Positions 1-9,774 of a DNA stretch of 64,000 bases are shown here, piece by piece. The DNA comes from Calditrichota bacterium (GTDB lineage Bacteria; Electryoneota; RPQS01). The stretch covers positions 979,639 to 1,043,638 of the forward strand of contig JACJWA010000001.1 in NCBI GenBank assembly GCA_020637395.1, in the 5' to 3' direction. Under the pieces are notes generated by a model. The model did not search any database. It was given only the letters and a program-made list of their open reading frames with translations, and was not told the origin of the DNA. Both the position numbers and the translations under genes were made by a program. Positions within the stretch are counted from its first letter, which is position 1, and each line of letters starts with the position of its first letter.

Positions 1-646
1 GCGAGGAGCCGTCACCAAACACCGGAATCGGCTTGCCTTGCAGTGCTCTGTGCACAAACTTACGGATCGCGAGGTCAGGTCTTTGTCGCGGTCCGTACAC
101 CGTGAAGAAGCGCAGGCAGGCAATTGAGAAACCGTAGAGGTGCGAGTAAACGTGCGTGATGACCTCGCCCGCCTTCTTGGTGGACCCGTAGGGACTTAAA
201 GGATAATCCGTGTTGTCTGACTCCCGAAATGGTCCGCCGTCGCGGTCCCCGTAAACCGATGAACTGGACGCGAAAACGATCCGCTGAATGTTCAGTTTGC
301 GGCACAGTTCGAGCAACTGCACCGTCGCGTCAATGTTGACCTGAGCATAAAGCTCCGGTTGTTCAAGCGAGGGCCGGACCCCGGCGCGAGCCGCAAGATG
401 GATCACCGTGCCTGGCTTGTGCTCCATGAGCACCTTTTCAATGGCGGCGGAGTCGCGGATGTCGCCTTCCACAAAAGTGAAGCTCGGAGACTTCCGGGAC
501 TGTTGCAAATTTGCTTCTTTCAGTACGCGCGGATAGAAGGGATCAAGGTTGTCGTACCCGATCACCTCGTGGTTCCGAGCAAGAAGGAACTCGCTTAGAT
601 GCGATCCGATGAAACCGGCACAGCCGGTAATGAGTATCTTATTCAT
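1..646 (-). CDS. NAD-dependent epimerase/dehydratase (extended SDR family); C-terminal part cut by the window edge
   Basis: Absent from the ORF track because it is open at the window edge. The reverse complement from ATG (646-644) reads MNKILITGCAGFIGSHL (Rossmann GxxGxxG), then ASSSSVYG, YGSTKKAGE (YxxxK) and RFFTVYGPRQRPD. The frame stays open to position 2. Confidence 0.85.
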   Translation of the reverse strand, partial: MNKILITGCAGFIGSHLSEFLLARNHEVIGYDNLDPFYPRVLKEANLQQSRKSPSFTFVEGDIRDSAAIEKVLMEHKPGTVIHLAARAGVRPSLEQPELYAQVNIDATVQLLELCRKLNIQRIVFASSSSVYGDRDGGPFRESDNTDYPLSPYGSTKKAGEVITHVYSHLYGFSIACLRFFTVYGPRQRPDLAIRKFVHRALQGKPIPVFGDGSS

Positions 647-810
647 GGCGGTCGTGATCAACTTATCTGTGCAAGCCTGGGGCCAGTCAAGATAGGAGAT
701 TTTGTTGGACTTCTGCAAGTGACCCCGGAATATCCTCTTTAGAATTTTTTAAGTTATTGTTTTTCAATGCTGTAACAAGAAATGAACTTCTGTTTACCTG
801 ATGCAGCATC

Positions 811-839
811 TTGACAATTTGCTTCCCAGAGCTTATGTT
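811..839 (+). promoter_or_regulatory. Sigma70-type promoter for the tRNA (TTGACA-17 nt-TATGTT)
   Basis: TTGACA at 811-816, a 17-nt spacer, then TATGTT at 834-839, about 34 nt upstream of the tRNA 5' end. An AT-rich tract lies upstream (735-800). Confidence 0.5.
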
Positions 840-872
840 TATGATCTCCCTTCGGGGAAATGCGCATCACTT

Positions 873-946
873 GGCGGAGTAGCTCAGTCGGTTAGAGCAC
901 GGGAATCATAATCCTGGTGTCGGGGGTTCGAGTCCCTCCTCCGCTA
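873..946 (+). tRNA. tRNA with CAU anticodon (elongator Met, or Ile2 read after lysidine modification); no encoded CCA
   Basis: A 74-nt cloverleaf can be folded by hand. The acceptor is GGCGGAG/CTCCGCT (G1-U72 wobble), with U8, and a D arm GCTC-AGTCGGTTA-GAGC. The anticodon arm is CGGGA-AUCAUAA-UCCUG (CAU), and the T arm is GGGGG-TTCGAGT-CCCTC with discriminator A. Confidence 0.9.
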
Positions 947-957
947 CGCAGTCTTGT

Positions 958-995
958 CAGCCGCCGGTACTGCTTCCGGCGGCTGTTTTGGTTTC
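958..995 (+). terminator. Rho-independent terminator after the tRNA
   Basis: A perfect 10-bp stem CAGCCGCCGG (958-967) / CCGGCGGCTG (976-985) with an 8-nt loop, followed by TTTTGGTTT. Confidence 0.7.
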
Positions 996-1034
996 TGCAC
1001 GTTTGAAAATGAACTTCAGGACGCGAACGAAGAC

Positions 1035-1886
1035 ATGAATTTCAGAGAATGGCCCAGATTGATCTGCGTTGAATGCGGCCAGGGCGACGTGCAAGCGGGT
1101 ACGACGGCGTGCAGGCACTGTGGAAAATCGTATCCGATCCACACGCAGACCGGCATTCCCGTCGCAATCAGCAGCCGTTCGCCCTTGAACGAAGCAGAAG
1201 TCCTTGCGCATCACGTGGAGTCTGCCGCGCTTGATTTGAATGTTGCTCACAGTCACTGGAAGACGGGTACGCTTCGCACTCTGTTGGACCAAACGCCCGG
1301 CAAAAAGGTCCTAAGTTATGGCAGCGGAGACGGCGGCGACCGTGCGATGCTGGAGGCGATGGGGTACGATCTGGTCTGCTTCGACATCTATCCCGGTCCC
1401 TATACCGACATCGTTTGTGACGGGCACGAGCTGCCATTTGCCGATGAGCAATTCGATTTGGTTGTGTCTACTGCGGTATTCGAACATCTCTACAATCCGT
1501 TTCAGGCGGCGCGAGAAATCGCGCGAGTGCTGAAGCCGGGTGGTGCGCTCATCGGATCCGCGGCCTTCCTTGAGCCCTATCATGCCAACTCCTACTTCCA
1601 CATGAGCCACCTTGGTCTGACGGAAATTTTCAGTCGGGCAGGACTCCAGAAGATCGAGATTCATCCGGGCTGGTCGTTTGTGGAATCGTTGAACGGCAGG
1701 TTCTGGCTGTGGAATCGCGCCCGGCCCATCGCGATGCTGACACGTCCCTTGCGGCGGCTGCGTTACAGATTGGGCATGGGAATGTGGAAAATTGCTTATG
1801 CACTGAAGGGAAAGGATGTTCCGGCGCAGATTCGTTTAGGGTTTTGTGGATCGCTCATTTTCAAAGTCGTGAAGCCGGGTGTTTGA
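1035..1886 (+). CDS. Class I SAM-dependent methyltransferase (Methyltransf_11-like) with an N-terminal Cys4 zinc ribbon
   Basis: The N-terminal ribbon is CVECG...CRHCG. The SAM-binding core is VLSYGSGDGGD...CFDI...DLVVSTAVFEHLYNP...LKPGGALI. The start is set at ATG 1035, because the track's TTG at 954 would read through the tRNA terminator hairpin. Confidence 0.75.
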   Translation: MNFREWPRLICVECGQGDVQAGTTACRHCGKSYPIHTQTGIPVAISSRSPLNEAEVLAHHVESAALDLNVAHSHWKTGTLRTLLDQTPGKKVLSYGSGDGGDRAMLEAMGYDLVCFDIYPGPYTDIVCDGHELPFADEQFDLVVSTAVFEHLYNPFQAAREIARVLKPGGALIGSAAFLEPYHANSYFHMSHLGLTEIFSRAGLQKIEIHPGWSFVESLNGRFWLWNRARPIAMLTRPLRRLRYRLGMGMWKIAYALKGKDVPAQIRLGFCGSLIFKVVKPGV

Positions 1887-3213
1887 GAAGATTGCCAGAG
1901 TGCTTCGAGTGATCGAGCCGCACGAGCGTGTTCTGCTTGCCGTTTCCGGCGGGCGCGATTCTTTTTCGATGCTCAAGTGGTTTGCGCTCCAGAGTGAATG
2001 GCAGACTCGCTGCGTGGTCGCGCATGTTCATCACGGAATTCGCGCAGACGCCGATGATGCTGCCAGGCTCGTTCGAGAGCAGGCGGAGAAATACGGAATG
2101 GAATTCGACCTTGCGTACGCAAATGTCGTGGAGCATTTGTGCGCGAACAAAGACTCCATCGAGGCCGCTGCCCGCCGATTTCGCTACGCGGCGTTGGAAG
2201 AAATGCGGCAGCGACACGGGTGCGCATGGATCTTGACCGCGCACATGCTGGACGATTCTGCCGAAACCGTGTTCATGAAACTGCGGCAGGATTGTTCGTG
2301 GTTTGAGGCGACGGGCATTCCCGAGAAGCGCGGCAACATTCTTCGCCCGTTTCTGGGAGTGCGTCGTCATGAACTTCGGCAGCTCATTGACGATGACGAT
2401 CTGGTGGATGACGACCCCATGAATCTGGATCCCGCATTCCTGCGCGTCTCCGCAAGAAAGGCGATTGAGAGAATTTCGAATACTTTGCCGGACATCGCCC
2501 GAAGACTGGTTCGACACGGGACTAACACCCGTTCCTTGCTTTTTATGACGACCGTTCTTGCAAACCATATGTTTCCCAATAAGTTACAGGTTGCGGGATC
2601 TGGTGATCATCGTATTGAGATTCTTCCGAAAAACCTGTATCTTGAAGATTTAGGCTTTGTTTTCGTTGAAACCGCACTCCGCAAGCTGCAAGGGAATAGG
2701 GAATTCCGTTTGTCCGCGTCGGAAAGACGGCAGGTCAACGAGTTTCTGTCCGGATCCACGTCAAGAAGTGTGCTTCGCTTGAAGCAAGGTTTTGAGTTAA
2801 GTAAGGCGGGGCGCCACTACTGGCTGTCCGCCGGGAACAGGCACGACGAGGACGAAGTTCGGAATGCGCATGACTTGCTTGATCGGACACTTCTTGTTCC
2901 GTGTGCAATCGGTGAGCGCGCGACTGGAGAACTCTTTTTTGATCGAAGCAGATTGAGCGGCAAGTTCAGGGCGCGAGCCTGGAGTGCCGGTGAAAAGTTC
3001 CGCCCCGCAAAAAGACGAACACGGAAAGTTTCCGATTGGCTTAGGGACATTGGAGTACACCCCTCTTGCCGGCGTCAGTGGCCGGTCCTTGCCGACGACT
3101 CCGGAATTGTCGCCATTCCGGGACTTGGTGTAAGCGAAAGCACCACAGCAGTTCCACATTCCAGTGACATACTGGCGATTCACTGGGAGTCAGAGACACT
3201 TAGTCATGCATGA
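1879..3213 (+). CDS. tilS: tRNA(Ile)-lysidine synthetase
   Basis: N-terminal PP-loop VLLAVSGGRDSFSML. Length is 444 aa. It sits in the conserved tilS-hpt-ftsH order. The GTG start overlaps the upstream stop by 8 nt. Confidence 0.85.
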   Translation: MFEKIARVLRVIEPHERVLLAVSGGRDSFSMLKWFALQSEWQTRCVVAHVHHGIRADADDAARLVREQAEKYGMEFDLAYANVVEHLCANKDSIEAAARRFRYAALEEMRQRHGCAWILTAHMLDDSAETVFMKLRQDCSWFEATGIPEKRGNILRPFLGVRRHELRQLIDDDDLVDDDPMNLDPAFLRVSARKAIERISNTLPDIARRLVRHGTNTRSLLFMTTVLANHMFPNKLQVAGSGDHRIEILPKNLYLEDLGFVFVETALRKLQGNREFRLSASERRQVNEFLSGSTSRSVLRLKQGFELSKAGRHYWLSAGNRHDEDEVRNAHDLLDRTLLVPCAIGERATGELFFDRSRLSGKFRARAWSAGEKFRPAKRRTRKVSDWLRDIGVHPSCRRQWPVLADDSGIVAIPGLGVSESTTAVPHSSDILAIHWESETLSHA

Positions 3214-3772
3214 ATACTCCGAACATTTGGTTCTCGGCCAGCCGCCGCGCAAGTTCGAACGATACTTGACGTCAGCTGAGATTCAGCGCGCAGTGAAAGA
3301 AACCGGGCTCCGGATCAACGAGCGCTTCGCTGGGGAAGAGCCGGTTTTTGTTGGCGTTTTGACGGGGTGCTTCATGTATATGGCGGACATCGTTCGCGCA
3401 TCGTATCTATCCTGCACCATTGACTTCATCAAGCTTTCCAGTTACGGGGACGGCATGGAATCGGGCAGAGTCAGGCTGATCAAAGATATTGATTGCGACA
3501 TTCGTGACCGCCATGTTATTGTCGTGGATGACATTGTGGATACGGGCAACTCATGGGACTTCTTGAAAAGATTCCTCATGGTAAGAAATCCGAAAAGTCT
3601 GAGCATGGCGGCGTGTTTTCGAAAGCCCAAGTCCGTGCAAACCGGCGTCGAAGTGGACTTTATCTCAATTGACCTTCCGGATGAGTTTGTCATTGGATAC
3701 GGCCTGGACTATGCCGGACAAGGCCGTCATCTGCCAGACCTGTACATTTTGTCCGGCGAAGAGACCAAATGA
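3206..3772 (+). CDS. hpt: Hypoxanthine phosphoribosyltransferase
   Basis: PRPP-binding motif VIVVDDIVDTGNS and C-terminal FVIGYGLDYAGQGRHLPDLY. The start is taken at ATG 3206 (MHEYSEHL...), inside the end of tilS. Confidence 0.85.
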   Translation: MHEYSEHLVLGQPPRKFERYLTSAEIQRAVKETGLRINERFAGEEPVFVGVLTGCFMYMADIVRASYLSCTIDFIKLSSYGDGMESGRVRLIKDIDCDIRDRHVIVVDDIVDTGNSWDFLKRFLMVRNPKSLSMAACFRKPKSVQTGVEVDFISIDLPDEFVIGYGLDYAGQGRHLPDLYILSGEETK

Positions 3773-5658
3773 GCACTGATAGGAATTCCAACTCGCCGCG
3801 CGGTCGCGGCCCGAATGATGACGAACCGCGCGTCGAATGGCGCAAGGTGTCGCGGTTTCTCTATCTGATGCTGCTTGTACTGCTGGTCACTGTTGTGGTG
3901 GCTCAGCTTGTGACACAGCGCAGTGCGGAAACCGTCATCACGTACTCTGCATTCGAACAGGCCGTGGACTCTGGAAACGTGAAGTCCGGAATCGTTCGGG
4001 ATCAGAGTTTCCACGGAAAGATGAAAGACGAGTCGCGGTTTGTCGTCACTCTTCCCCCGACTTTGGACAGTGCGCTGCTCAAGAAGTGGAAAGATGCGGG
4101 TATCGAGATAGATTTTAAGGTCAAGCGACCTGATCTTGGTCAATACTTGCTTGGGATCTTGCCCTGGTTGCTGCTGCTTGGCTTCGGCGTCATCTTGATC
4201 AGACGAATGTCCAACATGGGACCGCGCGGGCTGTTTCAGTTTGGCAAGAGCAAAGCCAAAGTTTATTCGGAAGCAAGTACGAAGGTGACTTTTGCGGACG
4301 TCGCCGGGGCGGACGAGGCGAAAGAGGAGCTGCGCGAGATCATTGATTTTCTGCGCGAACCCAGAAAGTTCGTGCGCGTGGGCGGCAGAATTCCGCGCGG
4401 CGTGTTGCTGCTTGGCCCTCCGGGAACTGGCAAAACGTTGTTGGCAAAAGCCGTTGCGGGCGAAGCCGGAGTGCCGTTCTTCTCGATTAGCGGCGCGGAG
4501 TTTGTTGAAATGTTTGTCGGTGTCGGCGCGAGCCGCGTGCGTGACCTGTTCGAGACAGGAAAGAAAAACGCTCCGTGTATCATCTTCATTGATGAGATTG
4601 ACGCGGTCGGTCGGCATCGCGGTGCCGGACTGGGCGGAGGGCATGACGAACGCGAACAGACGCTCAATCAGCTGCTGATTGAAATGGATGGCTTCGAAGA
4701 GAATGACGGAGTCATTCTGGTTGCTGCGACAAACCGACCGGACATTCTTGATCCTGCGCTTCTGAGGCCGGGCAGATTCGATCGCCAGATCGTGGTGGAC
4801 CGTCCCGACGTGCGAGGCCGCGCCGCAATTCTGAAAGTTCATTCGCGGAATAAACCGGTCGGTGACGATGTTGATCTGGACGTGATTGCCAAGAGCACGT
4901 CCGGTATGGCGGGCGCAGAGCTTGCGAACTTGATGAACGAGGCCGCGCTTCTGGCAGCACGACGCGACAGTGACCGAGTGAGCATGCAGGATGTAGAAGC
5001 GGCCAAAGACAAAGTGATGATGGGAATCGAGCGCCGCTCTGTAGTGATTCCTGAGCGCGAGAAGCGCGTCACGGCGTATCATGAGGCGGGGCATGTTTTG
5101 GTCGCGCTGTTTTCGCCCGACGTGGATCCCGTGCACAAGGTGACCATCATTCCCAGAGGACAGGCACTTGGGTTGACGCACTTTGTCCCCCTGGATGACA
5201 AGCGAAGCTATTCACGCAAGTACCTGGAGGGACAGCTCTCGACCTTGTTGGGAGGGCGTGTCGCGGAGCTCTTGGTGTTTGACGAAGTCACAAGCGGGGC
5301 ATCAAACGACTTGAAGCGTGCAACGGAAATCGCCAAGACCATGGTGACAAGATGGGGGATGAGCGAAAAGCTTGGTCCCGTCACCTATGGACAACAGCAC
5401 GAAGAGGTCTTTCTGGGACGCGACTATACCTCAAATCAGGACTACAGCGACGAGACCGCGCATGCGATTGATCAGGCTGTGCGTGAGTTTGTTGAGGGTG
5501 CGGAAGGCAGATCGCGTGACATCTTGCGCAGAGAGCGCAAGCGCCTCGATCTGTTGGCGGAAACGCTGGTCGAGCGCGAGTCCCTCTCTGGTGAAGAAAT
5601 TCACTCGCTGCTTGATTTGCCTGCGCGCAACGGCAATCCACCCGGAGAGACCGCATAG
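3769..5658 (+). CDS. ftsH: ATP-dependent zinc metalloprotease FtsH
   Basis: Two N-terminal TM helices, Walker [14 protein letters not shown], Walker B IIFIDEID, the SRH region, and the zinc site HEAGH. An ATGA overlap joins it to hpt. Confidence 0.97.
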   Translation: MSTDRNSNSPRGRGPNDDEPRVEWRKVSRFLYLMLLVLLVTVVVAQLVTQRSAETVITYSAFEQAVDSGNVKSGIVRDQSFHGKMKDESRFVVTLPPTLDSALLKKWKDAGIEIDFKVKRPDLGQYLLGILPWLLLLGFGVILIRRMSNMGPRGLFQFGKSKAKVYSEASTKVTFADVAGADEAKEELREIIDFLREPRKFVRVGGRIPRGVLLLGPPGTGKTLLAKAVAGEAGVPFFSISGAEFVEMFVGVGASRVRDLFETGKKNAPCIIFIDEIDAVGRHRGAGLGGGHDEREQTLNQLLIEMDGFEENDGVILVAATNRPDILDPALLRPGRFDRQIVVDRPDVRGRAAILKVHSRNKPVGDDVDLDVIAKSTSGMAGAELANLMNEAALLAARRDSDRVSMQDVEAAKDKVMMGIERRSVVIPEREKRVTAYHEAGHVLVALFSPDVDPVHKVTIIPRGQALGLTHFVPLDDKRSYSRKYLEGQLSTLLGGRVAELLVFDEVTSGASNDLKRATEIAKTMVTRWGMSEKLGPVTYGQQHEEVFLGRDYTSNQDYSDETAHAIDQAVREFVEGAEGRSRDILRRERKRLDLLAETLVERESLSGEEIHSLLDLPARNGNPPGETA

Positions 5659-6278
5659 TGGAGCGCAATGAGGAACAGAAACTTCGCGAACTGATTCGCC
5701 GCGAGCTTGAGACCCGTGAAAAGCTTCTGTCGAAAGACAGTGAAGAAGAATCAGGATTCACGCTTAACTTTGTGGAACGCCAGCGAATCATTGACGATGA
5801 AATCCGGAAGTACTACGAAGCCAAAGGCAACTACCGGCGATACGAGAACGAGGATGGTGAGTTCGAGTGGCTGAGCGAAGAAGAGATTCGCGAGCGCGAG
5901 CGGCAGATCCCCATTGATGCGGAAGAGCTGGAAGTTGGTCAGCGAAGCGTGCGGAATTACTTCCTGATGATTGCCGTCCTGGTGTTTGTCGGCGCTCTGT
6001 TGATGTATATCGCGCTGCGGCAACAGAGCGGAAGCATACAGGTGCTTTCGAATGTACCGGGAGCCACGATCATTCTGGATGGTCAGGCAACGGAGTTTAA
6101 GACGGACTTCGTCCTTTCGAATCTCTCTCCGGGTCCGCATCTCATCAGTATCGTCAAGAGCGGATATGGAATCGCAGGCGACCCCGCGCGGCGCGTGGAG
6201 GTAAGGGCCGGGAAAGAAGAAGTTGTGGCGTTTATGCTTGAACCTGTGCCGCCGAAAAATGGACAAACCAAGAATTGA
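5658..6278 (+). CDS. Bitopic membrane protein with a charged coiled N-terminus and a PEGA-like C-terminal domain
   Basis: The GTG start shares its G with the ftsH TAG stop. The first 100 aa are rich in E/R/K. There is one TM helix (FLMIAVLVFVGALLMYIAL). A PEGA-like beta domain follows (IQVLSNVPGATIILDG...GPHLISIVKSGY). Confidence 0.55.
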   Translation: MERNEEQKLRELIRRELETREKLLSKDSEEESGFTLNFVERQRIIDDEIRKYYEAKGNYRRYENEDGEFEWLSEEEIRERERQIPIDAEELEVGQRSVRNYFLMIAVLVFVGALLMYIALRQQSGSIQVLSNVPGATIILDGQATEFKTDFVLSNLSPGPHLISIVKSGYGIAGDPARRVEVRAGKEEVVAFMLEPVPPKNGQTKN

Positions 6279-6819
6279 ACATGCAGTACGCGAGATTCTT
6301 GCCGCAATAGGTGAGAATCCCGAGCGCCCGGGTCTGCGCGACACGCCGACGCGGGTTGCGACCATGCTCGAAGAGATCTTCTCAGGAATCGGTACGGATC
6401 CCGCGCAGACGCTGTCGCTTTATCCCGCCGAGAATACTACGGAAATGATCATTCACCGTGATATTCCATTCTATTCCATGTGTGAGCACCACCTGCTGCC
6501 GTTCTGGGGATTTGTTTCCATTGCCTACATTCCCTCGAATGAACAGGTGACCGGTTTCTCTGCCTTGGCGCGTGTGGTTCGCGTGCTCGCTCAGCGTCCA
6601 CAGCTCCAAGAAAGCATGACGACTGCGATTGCGGACACTCTGATGGAGCGGCTGAAACCCATGGGCGCATTTGTGGTCATCCGAGCTCAGCATCTCTGCC
6701 TGATGATGCGCGGCGAAAAAGTGCATGGGAGCTGGACTGTGACGTCCGCCGTGCGCGGTGCGCTCTCGAAGCAAGCCACGCGCATGGAGGCCCTGATGCT
6801 CATGGACGGACGTGCCTGA
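6259..6819 (+). CDS. folE: GTP cyclohydrolase I
   Basis: Motifs seen are ENPEREGL-type (GENPERPGLRDTPTRVA), CEHHLLPF, HLCLMMRG and RGV. The start is taken at ATG 6259 (MDKPRIEH...). Confidence 0.9.
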   Translation: MDKPRIEHAVREILAAIGENPERPGLRDTPTRVATMLEEIFSGIGTDPAQTLSLYPAENTTEMIIHRDIPFYSMCEHHLLPFWGFVSIAYIPSNEQVTGFSALARVVRVLAQRPQLQESMTTAIADTLMERLKPMGAFVVIRAQHLCLMMRGEKVHGSWTVTSAVRGALSKQATRMEALMLMDGRA

Positions 6820-7666
6820 GTCGCGCAGATTCCGTCATCGCCGGGGCAGCCTTGAATTGGGGCGGCGAACGCTGCTCATGGGAATTGTCAATGTGACTCC
6901 CGACTCGTTTTCCGATGGCGGCAGATACCTTGACTCTAATGCAGCGGTGGTCCATGCTCTCAAGCTCGTTGAGGACGGCGCCGATATTGTTGATCTGGGT
7001 GCCGAATCCACAAGACCGGGAAGCACAGGATCATCTGATGCCGAACAGCTGAACCGGTTGCTACCAGTTCTCGAGAAGCTTCGCAAGATCACAGACTCAG
7101 TTCTTTCCATTGATACTCGTTCGTCCGTTGTGGCACGAGAGTGCCTGGAGCTCGGCGCAGATATGATCAATGATGTGTCAGGTCTTGAACATGACCATGC
7201 TCTGGCAGATGTCTGCCATGAGTGCGGTGCCGGGCTGGTTATCATGCATATGCGAGGCAAGCCCGAGACCATGCAGACGACACTTGCCGAGGGGAATCCC
7301 GTACCAGAAGTAAAGCGGTTTCTCGAGTCCGCAGTGGCGAGATGCTTGGACGCAGGACTTGACCGCGAACATTTGCTCGTGGATCCGGGATTGGGCTTTG
7401 GAAAAAGTTTTGAACAGAACCACCAGTTGCTGAATGACCTGTGCGAGCTCACAACTCTTGGTGCTGGCGTGCTGGTCGGCCCGTCCCGCAAAGCATTCAC
7501 AGGGGAGCTGTCCGGATTGCCGCCCGACGCCCGGCAGTTCTCCACCGCCGCAGCGGTGGCCATTGCGATCCTTCATGGCGCGGATATCGTACGAGTGCAT
7601 GATGTGAAGGAAATGAGGGAAGTCTCTGATTTCTGTGATCGGTTCAGGAGTGTCCATGCCGCTTGA
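6812..7666 (+). CDS. folP: Dihydropteroate synthase
   Basis: Motifs LMGIVNVTPDSFSDGG, DIVDLGAESTRPG, INDVSG and DPGLGFGK are present. Confidence 0.9.
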   Translation: MPESRRFRHRRGSLELGRRTLLMGIVNVTPDSFSDGGRYLDSNAAVVHALKLVEDGADIVDLGAESTRPGSTGSSDAEQLNRLLPVLEKLRKITDSVLSIDTRSSVVARECLELGADMINDVSGLEHDHALADVCHECGAGLVIMHMRGKPETMQTTLAEGNPVPEVKRFLESAVARCLDAGLDREHLLVDPGLGFGKSFEQNHQLLNDLCELTTLGAGVLVGPSRKAFTGELSGLPPDARQFSTAAAVAIAILHGADIVRVHDVKEMREVSDFCDRFRSVHAA

Positions 7667-8141
7667 GGACACTTCCTATCAAATTGCGGAACTCACTGCG
7701 GATCATCTTCATGCGGTGTTGTCCATTGAACGCGATTCGTTCAAAGATCCTTGGTCATTGTCCGCGTTTCGGAACTTCATCGTGCTCTACAGAACAAGCT
7801 GGGTGATTCTTGATGGCAGTGAAATCATCGGCTACATTGTGAGTCAATGGGTGCTCGACGAAATTCACGTTCTCAACGTCGCGGTGCACAAGCAACGCAG
7901 GCGAGAGGGCATTGCGTCTGCACTACTCGATTTCCTTTTTGATCGCGCACGCGCACAGAAGATGTCGGACGTTTATCTAGAAGTTCGGGAGTCCAACGAA
8001 GCAGCGCGCGGACTTTACGCAAGATATGGATTTGCGGAGTTGGGCATCCGAAAGAGTTACTATCACGACGGTGAAGATGCATTGGTTATGCACCGGCGAG
8101 TTCGCAGAAGCGATCGCGGTTCTGACGCGGAAGGAGCATAA
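7656..8141 (+). CDS. rimI: GNAT acetyltransferase, ribosomal-protein-alanine N-acetyltransferase family
   Basis: Acetyl-CoA motif HKQRRREGIASALL and LEVRESNEAARGLYARYGF. The size is about 160 aa. ATG 7656 is preferred over the track start at 7635. Confidence 0.7.
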   Translation: MPLEDTSYQIAELTADHLHAVLSIERDSFKDPWSLSAFRNFIVLYRTSWVILDGSEIIGYIVSQWVLDEIHVLNVAVHKQRRREGIASALLDFLFDRARAQKMSDVYLEVRESNEAARGLYARYGFAELGIRKSYYHDGEDALVMHRRVRRSDRGSDAEGA

Positions 8142-8143
8142 GA

Positions 8144-9007
8144 ATGGCGCTTGAGTGGTTTCGCAGAGAAAAAGGCCCCATTTCAGCGGGCCAGAAAAAG
8201 TCATCGCAAGACACTTTGTGGGTGAAGTGCGAAGGCTGTGGTGAAATCGTGTTCAAGAAAGAGCTCGAGAAACTGCAGCTGGTGTGCCCAAAGTGCTCTT
8301 TTCACTTCGCCATGCCAGCCGAATCCTATATCGCGCTGCTTGCCGATGAGGGGACTTGGACAGAAAGTGATCACACTCTCCGGCCGCAAGACCCTCTTCA
8401 GTTCAAAGACTCCAAGAAATACAGTGACCGAGTCGCAGCGTCCATCAAGACCACAGGTAAATACGATGCGATGACGATTGGGTCCTGCACACTGGGTGAA
8501 TTTCCGGTGGAACTTGGGATCATGGACTTCTCGTTTATGGGCGGGAGCGTCGGAAGTGTGGTCGGTGAGAAGATTTCGCGAGGCGTTGATCGCGCCATCG
8601 CAGAGCGCCGCGCGCTCATCTTGGTGTCGCGTTCTGGCGGCATGCGCATGCAAGAGGGCATGATTTCCCTGATGCAGATGGCGAAGACGAGCGTGAAATT
8701 GACTCAGCTTGGTGAGGCGGGACTTCCCTATATCTCTGTGATTACCAACCCGACGACCGGTGGGACGACCGCCAGTTTCTCCATGCTCGGAGATGTGATC
8801 GTGGCAGAGCCCGGCGCGCTGATCGGCTTTGCCGGTCCGCGTGTGATCAAACAGACAATTGGACAAGACTTGCCGCCAGGATTTCAGAGAAGCGAATTCC
8901 TACTGGAGAAAGGCTTTCTGGACAGGATTGTGAATAGGCAGGCACTGAAGACGACCATCGTACAGGTTCTAAAGGCGCTGATGCATCAGGAAGCCGCTCA
9001 AGCGTGA
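8144..9007 (+). CDS. accD: Acetyl-CoA carboxylase carboxyltransferase subunit beta
   Basis: N-terminal zinc finger CEGCGEIVFKKELEKLQLVCPKCSFH, followed by the carboxyltransferase core GGSVGSVVGEK...GGMRMQEG. Confidence 0.92.
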   Translation: MALEWFRREKGPISAGQKKSSQDTLWVKCEGCGEIVFKKELEKLQLVCPKCSFHFAMPAESYIALLADEGTWTESDHTLRPQDPLQFKDSKKYSDRVAASIKTTGKYDAMTIGSCTLGEFPVELGIMDFSFMGGSVGSVVGEKISRGVDRAIAERRALILVSRSGGMRMQEGMISLMQMAKTSVKLTQLGEAGLPYISVITNPTTGGTTASFSMLGDVIVAEPGALIGFAGPRVIKQTIGQDLPPGFQRSEFLLEKGFLDRIVNRQALKTTIVQVLKALMHQEAAQA

Positions 9008-9774
9008 TTATTCTGATTTCGAATGACGACGGTATCCAGTCCGAAGGACTGCATGCTCTCGTGCGAGCAGTGTCCGATCTTGGGCAAGTGTGGGTAGTTG
9101 CGCCGGACCGCGAGCAATCTGCGGTCGGACACTCCATAACAATCTCCGAGCCGATTCGATACGTGGACTTTGAGCTGGACGGCGCGTTCCGGACTTTTGC
9201 TGTCAATGGCAGTCCCGCAGACTGTGTGAAACTGGCGCTTTCCGAGCTTCTGCCTGAAGCCCCGGCGCTCGTGCTTTCAGGTATCAACCGCGGCGAGAAT
9301 ACCGGGATTTCTGTGATCTATTCCGGAACCGTGTCCGCGGCGACGGAAGGTGCCATCAACGGCATTCCAGCCGCTGCGATTTCTGTTGACTCGTTTTCTC
9401 CAACAAACTATGACGCGGCCGCAGCAGTATCACGGCGAACGGCCGAGCTTGTCATGGCGCGTGGACTTCCTGAAGGAACTCTTCTGAACGTGAATGTGCC
9501 CGAACTTCCTGCCGAAGAGATTGTGGGAATCAAAGTCGTTCGGCAGGGCAGAGGGAGATTCAAGGAGACATTTCTGAAGCGCACGGATCAACGCGGAAGA
9601 ATTTACTACTGGATGGATGGACACAAACTGCCACTTGACGAGACGGATACGGATGGTATTGCACTCTTGCAGGGATACGTTGCGATCACTCCCATTCAGT
9701 TTGATTTGACTCACCATGCTTACCTCGAAGAGCTTTCCGAGTGGGCAACTGATTTCACACTTCCTCGCGAATGA
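9004..9774 (+). CDS. surE: 5'/3'-nucleotidase SurE
   Basis: N-terminal ILISNDDGIQSEGL, plus SGINRGEN and YSGTVSAA motifs. Confidence 0.9.
   Translation: MIILISNDDGIQSEGLHALVRAVSDLGQVWVVAPDREQSAVGHSITISEPIRYVDFELDGAFRTFAVNGSPADCVKLALSELLPEAPALVLSGINRGENTGISVIYSGTVSAATEGAINGIPAAAISVDSFSPTNYDAAAAVSRRTAELVMARGLPEGTLLNVNVPELPAEEIVGIKVVRQGRGRFKETFLKRTDQRGRIYYWMDGHKLPLDETDTDGIALLQGYVAITPIQFDLTHHAYLEELSEWATDFTLPRE

Noticed and set aside
954-1034. The ORF-track TTG start at 954 for the methyltransferase.
   Set aside because: The extension would be translated through the 10-bp terminator hairpin of the tRNA (958-985). It encodes a non-conserved Gly/Cys/Phe-rich peptide. ATG 1035 precedes the zinc ribbon directly.
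3727-5181. Very long antisense ORFs. These include the 484-aa ORF opposite ftsH and similar cases at 21402-22394 opposite sqr, 25110-25901 opposite iscS, 36197-37072 opposite the TPR gene, 58845-59813 opposite uvrD/nadC, and 62036-62836 opposite rpsB.
   Set aside because: Their translations are low-complexity and Arg/Ser/Pro/Ala-rich, with no recognisable motifs. In each case the opposite strand encodes a protein with unmistakable family signatures. Long stop-free antisense frames are expected in GC-rich coding DNA.
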